NCBI GenBank assembly: GCA_964491475.1
Contig: CAZBFO010000002.1
Location: 208,501-272,500, forward strand
Source of the DNA: an uncultured Gammaproteobacteria bacterium
GTDB lineage: Bacteria > Patescibacteriota > Patescibacteriia > SG8-24
Direction: 5' to 3'
DNA length: 64,000 nt
A program made the position numbers and the translations under genes. The notes under the pieces were generated by a model that had not been told where the DNA came from, made no database searches, and saw nothing but the letters and a program-made list of their open reading frames with translations. Below, one piece after another: positions 56,539-64,000 of this stretch (positions are counted from its first letter, which is position 1; each line of letters starts with the position of its first letter).

Positions 56539-56567
56539 GGCCGTGGGACTTCCCACGGCCTTTTTTT
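56539..56567 (+). terminator. Strong rho-independent terminator
   Basis: ggccgtggga-ct-tcccacggcc is a perfect 10-bp stem followed by ttttttt. Confidence 0.75.
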
Positions 56568-56627
56568 GCGCGCCGTTGCGCTTCTCGGTCCCAAAGCGAT
56601 ACTGTGAAGCGGTGCGTCACTTCCGAT

Positions 56628-57122
56628 ATGTCAAAGCTGATCGACTGCTACAACCAAAAAGGCGAACTGCTGCGACTGCCGGACGAGGATTTTTTGCCGC
56701 GTACCGCCGCCTATGCGGCCATCGAACGTGACGGCAACCTGCTGGCTTTCCGACTCACCACCGGCAACTATTTCTTGCCGGGCGGGGGAGTGGATGACGG
56801 CGAGGAACTGCTCGAGGCCATGCATCGCGAGGTGTCCGAAGAGGTCGGCGGGCTGGCCGTAGAGGTGATCGGTCCGCTCGGCGTCTTCGATCATTTTTAC
56901 TATTACGACGACAGCCAGAGCGCCTGGCATTCCCGCTGCCACGTCTACGTGTGCCGCATACCCGATGCTGCCGGCATTCCGGAAGGCGCAGGCCAGCCGG
57001 AGGAGGGGTATCCCGAATGGGTCTCGCTTGCGGAGCTGCCGCGCAAACCGCTGCACCCCGGCATCATGGCGAAAATAGTGGACGCCTACCTGCGGTGGCG
57101 GACGGTCAACGTGCACGGTTGA
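56628..57122 (+). CDS. NUDIX hydrolase (second paralog)
   Basis: Nudix box GGGVDDGEELLEAMHREVSEEVG. Start trimmed to MSKLIDCY. Confidence 0.75.
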   Translation: MSKLIDCYNQKGELLRLPDEDFLPRTAAYAAIERDGNLLAFRLTTGNYFLPGGGVDDGEELLEAMHREVSEEVGGLAVEVIGPLGVFDHFYYYDDSQSAWHSRCHVYVCRIPDAAGIPEGAGQPEEGYPEWVSLAELPRKPLHPGIMAKIVDAYLRWRTVNVHG

Positions 57123-57144
57123 CTGTCACGGCCAATGTGCCTTC

Positions 57145-57176
57145 AGTCTCGCCAAAGCGGCCGTTTTTGCTATAAT
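57145..57176 (+). promoter_or_regulatory. gap promoter with extended -10 TGcTATAAT
   Basis: tttttgcTATAAT at 57164-57176; the gap ATG is at 57217. Confidence 0.45.
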
Positions 57177-57216
57177 CACGGCGTTACTCGTATTTCACCC
57201 TAGACCGCCCGTACCT

Positions 57217-58227
<1,011 letters not shown>

Positions 58228-58230
58228 TCG

Positions 58231-59133
58231 ATGCTGCTTACCCTCATCTACGACGGCATCATCGGCATCGTCGTCGGTTCGGTACCGACGTACTTTGCGG
58301 TGACCGTCGCGAGGAAGCGGCAAAAGAAGGGGAACGGGCCGGGCATTCTCGGCCTGCTGCTGGCCTTGGTTTGGCTGGTGGTGGTCTATGGCAGCTTCAT
58401 CGAGCCGCGGCTGCTGCAGGTCGGGCGCACGAATATCGCCATCGGCGATGGCTCGCGCGCGTTGAAGGTGGCGCTCATTTCCGACACGCACCTCGGCCAG
58501 TACCGTCATCGCGAGTGGCTGGACACCGTCGTTAACCGAATCAACGCGCTGCATCCCGACGTGGTGATGGTCGCCGGCGACATCGCCTCGACGCCGTCGG
58601 GCTACGAGGAGTTCCAGCCTTTTGCCAGGCTGCAGAGCAGGTACGGCACCTACGCGGTCCTCGGCAATTGGGACTACCGCGCGGGCGCGATTGACGTGCG
58701 CAAGCATCTCGGTTCGTATAAAGTGAAGTTGCTGGTCAATAAGTCGGTGCCGCTCGACGTCGACGGGCAGACGGTCAGCCTCATCGGCCTGGACGACACC
58801 ACCGAAGGCCAGCCCGACATCGACCTGGCCATGAAGGACGTTCCGCCGGACGCCAAGAAGATCCTGTTGGTGCACAACCCCGACGCGACGCCATTGGCCG
58901 AGACGCGCGGCATCGACCTGGTCCTTGCAGGCCATACCCACGCCGGGCAAGTGCGTCTGCCGTACCTGGGCCCCGTGCCGCACATGCCCATCAAGATCGG
59001 CCAGCAGTTCGACAAAGGTTACTTTCCCTTCGGCCAGACGCGGCTGTTCATCACTCCCGGCGTCGGCGAATCCGGCACGCGCGCGCGACTGTTCGATCCG
59101 CCAGAAATTTCTTTCCTGACCATCACGTTCTGA
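58231..59133 (+). CDS. Membrane-anchored metallophosphoesterase (calcineurin-like)
   Basis: GDxxD, GNWD(H) and GHTH motifs after an N-terminal TM helix. Confidence 0.8.
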   Translation: MLLTLIYDGIIGIVVGSVPTYFAVTVARKRQKKGNGPGILGLLLALVWLVVVYGSFIEPRLLQVGRTNIAIGDGSRALKVALISDTHLGQYRHREWLDTVVNRINALHPDVVMVAGDIASTPSGYEEFQPFARLQSRYGTYAVLGNWDYRAGAIDVRKHLGSYKVKLLVNKSVPLDVDGQTVSLIGLDDTTEGQPDIDLAMKDVPPDAKKILLVHNPDATPLAETRGIDLVLAGHTHAGQVRLPYLGPVPHMPIKIGQQFDKGYFPFGQTRLFITPGVGESGTRARLFDPPEISFLTITF

Positions 59134-59137
59134 ACGT

Positions 59138-60451
59138 ATGCCAAACGCCCCTCACGTCGTCGTTCTCGGTGCAGGTTTCGGCGGCATCGCCGCGGCGCGC
59201 ACGCTGGCCGCCACCGCCCGTTCCGGCGCGGTCAAGGTGACGGTCGTCGACCGTCACGCGTCGCACGTCTTCACGCCGCTGCTGTACGAAGCCGCCACGG
59301 GTTTCGTCGAGCACCAGAACCTGGGCACTGCCAAGCTGATGAGCGCCGGCATCACCGCCGACATTCCCGACATGCTGCAGCACTGGGACGCCGACTTCGT
59401 GCAGTCCACCGTCGAAGGCCTCGATTGGGAAAAGCGCCAGGTGCTTTTGCGCGACAAGGAACCTCTGGCATTCGATTACCTGATCATCGGCCTGGGAGCC
59501 GAGACCAACTTTTTCGGCATTGCCGGCCTGCAGGAAAACGCCCTCACGCTCAAGTCCGTGCGCGACGCCGACCGCCTGCGCCAACGCATCCACGACATGC
59601 TGCACATGCGCGAGAAGGGCACCCAGAAGCGCCTGGAGATCGTCATCGGCGGCGGCGGCCCTACCGGCGTGGAGCTCGCCGCGGAACTGACCCTGTTCCT
59701 GCGCCGCCACATCGTGAAGGGCCACCTCAAGCCCGAGGACTACAACATCACCCTCGTCGAGGCGCAGTCGCGACTGCTGGGCGCGCTCAAGCCGGAACTT
59801 TCCGCCGCCGCGCTCGATCGCCTGAAGGCGCTGGGAGTGCACGTGCATCTCGACTCCGCCATGAAGGAAGCCGGCTATCAGAAGGCCGTGCTGGTGCCGC
59901 GCGCCTGCAAGCCCGGGGAGACTGTCGATCAGCTGTTGTGCAACTTCAAAAAGGAAGGCCAGATGGACATCGCCGCCGACATCGTCGTCTGGACGGGCGG
60001 CATCCGCGGCAGCATGGCGTTGGAAAAACTGGGCGTGCCTCTCGACGCTCGCGGCAAGCGCATCGAGGTCGGCCCCACGTTGGAGGTGGCGGACAAAAAG
60101 AACGTTTTCGCCATCGGCGACTCGGTGCTGCTGATGGACCCGACCACTAAGCAGCCGGTACCCTGGTTGGCGCAGGCCGCAATGCGCCATGGCGAGACCG
60201 CCGCGCGAACCGTCGCCGCCCGCGTGACCGGGGGAAAGGATTCTGCCTACGAGTTCCAGACGTATCCGGTGGTCGTTCCGCTCGGCGGCAAGTACGCCAT
60301 CGCCATCGTCGGCGGCCTGACCATGATCGGCTTTTGGGGCTGGGTGCTCAAGGAGCTGGCCAACCTGCGCTACTTCCTGACCATCCTGCCGTTCGGTCAG
60401 GCGCTCAAGAAGTGGTGGCACGGGGCGCTGATGTACGCCGGCAACGACTGA
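59138..60451 (+). CDS. Type II NADH dehydrogenase / FAD-dependent pyridine nucleotide-disulfide oxidoreductase
   Basis: VVVLGAGFGGIAAA FAD site and a second GGGPTGVE NAD site. Confidence 0.8.
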   Translation: MPNAPHVVVLGAGFGGIAAARTLAATARSGAVKVTVVDRHASHVFTPLLYEAATGFVEHQNLGTAKLMSAGITADIPDMLQHWDADFVQSTVEGLDWEKRQVLLRDKEPLAFDYLIIGLGAETNFFGIAGLQENALTLKSVRDADRLRQRIHDMLHMREKGTQKRLEIVIGGGGPTGVELAAELTLFLRRHIVKGHLKPEDYNITLVEAQSRLLGALKPELSAAALDRLKALGVHVHLDSAMKEAGYQKAVLVPRACKPGETVDQLLCNFKKEGQMDIAADIVVWTGGIRGSMALEKLGVPLDARGKRIEVGPTLEVADKKNVFAIGDSVLLMDPTTKQPVPWLAQAAMRHGETAARTVAARVTGGKDSAYEFQTYPVVVPLGGKYAIAIVGGLTMIGFWGWVLKELANLRYFLTILPFGQALKKWWHGALMYAGND

Positions 60452-60469
60452 CAAAACATGCCCGACCCG

Positions 60470-60499
60470 CGAGGGTCGGTTTCATTTTGCGCGAAAATT
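60470..60499 (+). terminator. Rho-independent terminator
   Basis: cccgaccc-gcga-gggtcgg followed by tttcatttt. Confidence 0.55.
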
Positions 60500-60549
60500 G
60501 CCAGAAATCGGCCAAGAAACGGGCGTGTGGGCTTTCCCCTGCGGACAGC

Positions 60550-60567
60550 GTTCAAACGTGCTATACT
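60550..60567 (+). promoter_or_regulatory. pgk promoter with extended -10 TGcTATACT; near-leaderless
   Basis: TATACT at 60562-60567 with TG at 60559-60560. The pgk ATG at 60578 is only 11 nt downstream. Confidence 0.45.
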
Positions 60568-60577
60568 GCTACTGTTT

Positions 60578-61774
60578 ATGCCACTGCAAACCCTTGCAAA
60601 GCTGAAGTCCGCGAAGGGGAAGCGCGTGCTCCTGCGCGTCGACTTCAACATCCCTTATGGGCCCAACGGCAGCATCGGCGTGGAGGAGGACGCCCGCATA
60701 AGGGCATGCTTGCCGACCATCTTGAAGCTCAAGAAGGGCGGCGCGAAAATCATCCTCGTCTCCCACCTCGGTCGCCCCGAAGGCCGCGAAAAGCGCTACT
60801 CGCTCGCTCCCGTCGCGTTGCACCTTTCCCGATTGCTGGGAAAGAAAGTCGAATTCGTGAAGGACAACCTGGAGGACGATCACGTGGTGGAGAAGAGGCT
60901 GGACGCGATGAAGAACGGCGACGTGACTTTGCTCGAGAACATCCGTTTTTACAAAGGGGAGGACTCCAATAGTTCCTTCCTGGCGCGGCGGCTCGCTTCG
61001 TTTGCCGACGTCTTCGTCGATGACGCCTTCGCGGTGGCGCACCGTGAAGCGGCCTCAAACGTCGGCGTCACCAAGTATCTTCCCAGCTATGCCGGCCTCC
61101 TTCTCGAGCTCGAGGTCAAGCAGCTGGGCAAGCTGCTCGACAAGCCCAAGAAGCCGTTCGTGGTGCTGATGGGCGGCGCCAAGATCTCGTCCAAGCTGCC
61201 GACGCTCAAGAAGCTGCTGTCCGTGGCTGACTGCGTGATGGTCGGCGGCGGCATGGCCAACAACTTCTTCCGGGCCCAGGGCCTGAAGATGGGCAAGTCG
61301 CTGGTTTCCGCGGAGGACGTGAGGATGGCCAAGGCCCTTTGGGCCAAGCACAAGAAGAAGCTGCTGCTTCCGATCGACGTGCTGGCGTCCGTTCGCCTGG
61401 ACGACAAGGCCGACCCGCGCTACTGCAAACCCGACGAGATCGCCAAGAACGAGCATGTCGTGGACATCGGCGCGGAAACGGCTCGCGCCTGGTCGGCGGT
61501 CATCAAGAAGGCCAAGACCATCGTCTGGAACGGCCCGGTAGGGCTCTTCGAAGTGAAGAAGTTCAGCCACGGCTCGTTGAGCCTCGGCAGGCTGATCGCG
61601 GCGCGGTCGACGGGCCGCGCCTTCGGCGTGGTCGGCGGCGGCGAGACGGTCCAGTGCCTGATGCAGACCGGCATGCCGGACGACGTGGACCACGTGTCCA
61701 CCGGCGGCGGCGCCATGCTGGAGTTCCTGGCCGGCAAGACGCTGCCGGGCATCAAGCCGCTGATGAAAAAATAA
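60578..61774 (+). CDS. pgk: Phosphoglycerate kinase
   Basis: LLRVDFNIP motif and N- and C-domain signatures. Start trimmed to MPLQTL. Confidence 0.9.
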   Translation: MPLQTLAKLKSAKGKRVLLRVDFNIPYGPNGSIGVEEDARIRACLPTILKLKKGGAKIILVSHLGRPEGREKRYSLAPVALHLSRLLGKKVEFVKDNLEDDHVVEKRLDAMKNGDVTLLENIRFYKGEDSNSSFLARRLASFADVFVDDAFAVAHREAASNVGVTKYLPSYAGLLLELEVKQLGKLLDKPKKPFVVLMGGAKISSKLPTLKKLLSVADCVMVGGGMANNFFRAQGLKMGKSLVSAEDVRMAKALWAKHKKKLLLPIDVLASVRLDDKADPRYCKPDEIAKNEHVVDIGAETARAWSAVIKKAKTIVWNGPVGLFEVKKFSHGSLSLGRLIAARSTGRAFGVVGGGETVQCLMQTGMPDDVDHVSTGGGAMLEFLAGKTLPGIKPLMKK

Positions 61775-61797
61775 TTTCGGTTTTTTAGCTGAAATCT

Positions 61798-62610
61798 ATG
61801 AAAGAGATGATGCAAGACGGTTGCGCCTGCAACGGGGGCAGCTGCAGGTGCCACGGCGGCGGCAGGCGCGGGAAGATATTCTTCTTGTGCCTGGCGCTCA
61901 TCGCCCTGACGGCCTGGCTGGGCTTCAAGGCCCGCAACGAGGCCAAGCAGTTCGACTTCATCGGCGTGCCGGTGGAGCGCAACACCATCACCATCAACGG
62001 CGACGGCAAGGTGGTCGGCAAGACCGACGTGGCCGAAGTCGACATGGGCATGACCATCGAGAAGCCGACGGTGGCCGAAGCCCAGGCCGAGAACACCAAG
62101 GTGATGAACCAGCTCAACGCCGCGCTCAAGGCGGCGGGCATCGCCGAAGCCGACGTGCAGACCACCGCCTACAACGTCAATCCCAATTACGACTGGAACA
62201 ACGGCAAGCAGAAGCTGCGCAGCTACAGCGTCACCCAGAACGTCCATGTGAAGATCCGCGCCTTGGACAAGGTGGGCGACATCCTCGGCACCGCCGGCTC
62301 GCTCGGCGCCAACCAGATCGGCGGCATCAGCTTCGGCATCGACGATCCGCAGAAACTCAAGGACCAGGCTCGCGCCAAGGCCATCGACGACGCCAAGCGC
62401 AAGGCCCTGTCATTGAGCCAGGCCGCCGGCATCAGGCTGGTGCGCGTGGTCAGCTTCAGCGAGTCGTACGGCGGCACCACCCCTCCGCCCGTCTACTACG
62501 ACAAGATGGCGTTCGGCATGGGCGGCGCGCCCGAAGCCGCGAGCCCGACGGTCAACGCCGGCAGCAACGACATTACCGCCAACGTCAGCATTACCTACGA
62601 GATCCAATAA
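61798..62610 (+). CDS. SIMPL-domain (DUF541) protein with an N-terminal Cys-rich segment and TM anchor
   Basis: Sequence typical of 26-kDa periplasmic immunogenic proteins (NQLNAALKAAGIAEADVQT...AKAIDDAKRKA). Confidence 0.65.
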   Translation: MKEMMQDGCACNGGSCRCHGGGRRGKIFFLCLALIALTAWLGFKARNEAKQFDFIGVPVERNTITINGDGKVVGKTDVAEVDMGMTIEKPTVAEAQAENTKVMNQLNAALKAAGIAEADVQTTAYNVNPNYDWNNGKQKLRSYSVTQNVHVKIRALDKVGDILGTAGSLGANQIGGISFGIDDPQKLKDQARAKAIDDAKRKALSLSQAAGIRLVRVVSFSESYGGTTPPPVYYDKMAFGMGGAPEAASPTVNAGSNDITANVSITYEIQ

Positions 62611-62637
62611 TTTCCGTCCCCATTCTTGCGTTCCTGA

Positions 62638-63918
<1,281 letters not shown>

Positions 63919-63940
63919 CGCGGTCACTTTCGCCAGGCAC

Positions 63941-64000
63941 ATGTCCCCGAAAGCCAAGAAAAAACTCGCGGCTTCCGCAGCGCCGAATGCCAAGAACGGC
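63941..64000 (+). CDS. Possible 5' end of a downstream gene (partial, 20 codons)
   Basis: The ATG at 63941 opens MSPKAKKKLAASAAPNAKNG and runs to the window edge. Too short to judge. Confidence 0.2.
   Translation, partial: MSPKAKKKLAASAAPNAKNG

Noticed and set aside
56260-56540. Orphan transcript as a known housekeeping RNA (SRP, tmRNA, RNase P or 6S)
   Set aside because: It has no CCA or tRNA-like 3' end, no SRP domain-IV GGAAGCAGCC-type motif and no RNase P P4 sequence. The length of about 300 nt fits none of them cleanly.

Overview
This is a high-GC (about 63-65%), gene-dense bacterial chromosomal window. It is dominated by housekeeping genes: dnaE, thrS (short form without a TGS domain), miaB, miaA, gatB, tmk, a ThyX-like gene, gmk, dut, dcd, rplA, rplK, nusG, secE, gyrB, an ftsW/rodA-type SEDS gene, rplY, prmC, prfA, rpmE, rpsB, tsf, gap, pgk and eno. 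It also carries an alpha-glucan cluster (GT4, GH57, GH15) and many small hypothetical or membrane proteins. Nearly every transcription unit ends in a clear GC-stem plus T-run hairpin. Promoters recur as extended -10 elements of the form TGnTAnnnT with weak -35 boxes, and several of them sit so close to the start codon that the mRNAs look leaderless. I found no tRNA, rRNA or CRISPR. Short EF-Ts, GatB, the DUF5679 and DUF2779 proteins, T4SS-pilin-like small proteins and the scrambled ribosomal-gene order hint at a Patescibacteria/CPR-like or similarly streamlined lineage; this is inference only. The regions that do not look like ordinary core genome are listed here, most interesting first. (1) An AT-rich island at 2360..4990 lies immediately upstream of dnaE. 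It carries a candidate Type II restriction-modification pair: an unclassified PD-(D/E)xK protein that overlaps a beta-class amino-DNA-methyltransferase by ATGA. It also carries a Vsr/DUF559-like small nuclease-fold ORF, an 88-aa partner ORF, a perfect 10-bp inverted-repeat operator and a textbook terminator. (2) A 161-bp MITE-like element at 29960..30120 has perfect 38-bp inverted termini and nested hairpins, and sits between the rplA terminator and dcd. (3) Four genes of unknown function (31583..34285) are inserted into the normally contiguous secE-nusG-rplKA cluster; rplA is followed by dcd rather than rplJL. (4) An orphan strong promoter, 58-codon ORF and strong terminator (56231..56567) sit between two tandem NUDIX paralogs. 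(5) A 640-aa duplicated/extended ThyX is co-operonic with tmk, inside a cluster of nucleotide-salvage genes (dNK-like kinase, gmk, dut, dcd, pterin dehydratase). All protein-family calls are from motif recognition by eye and need HMM or BLAST confirmation.
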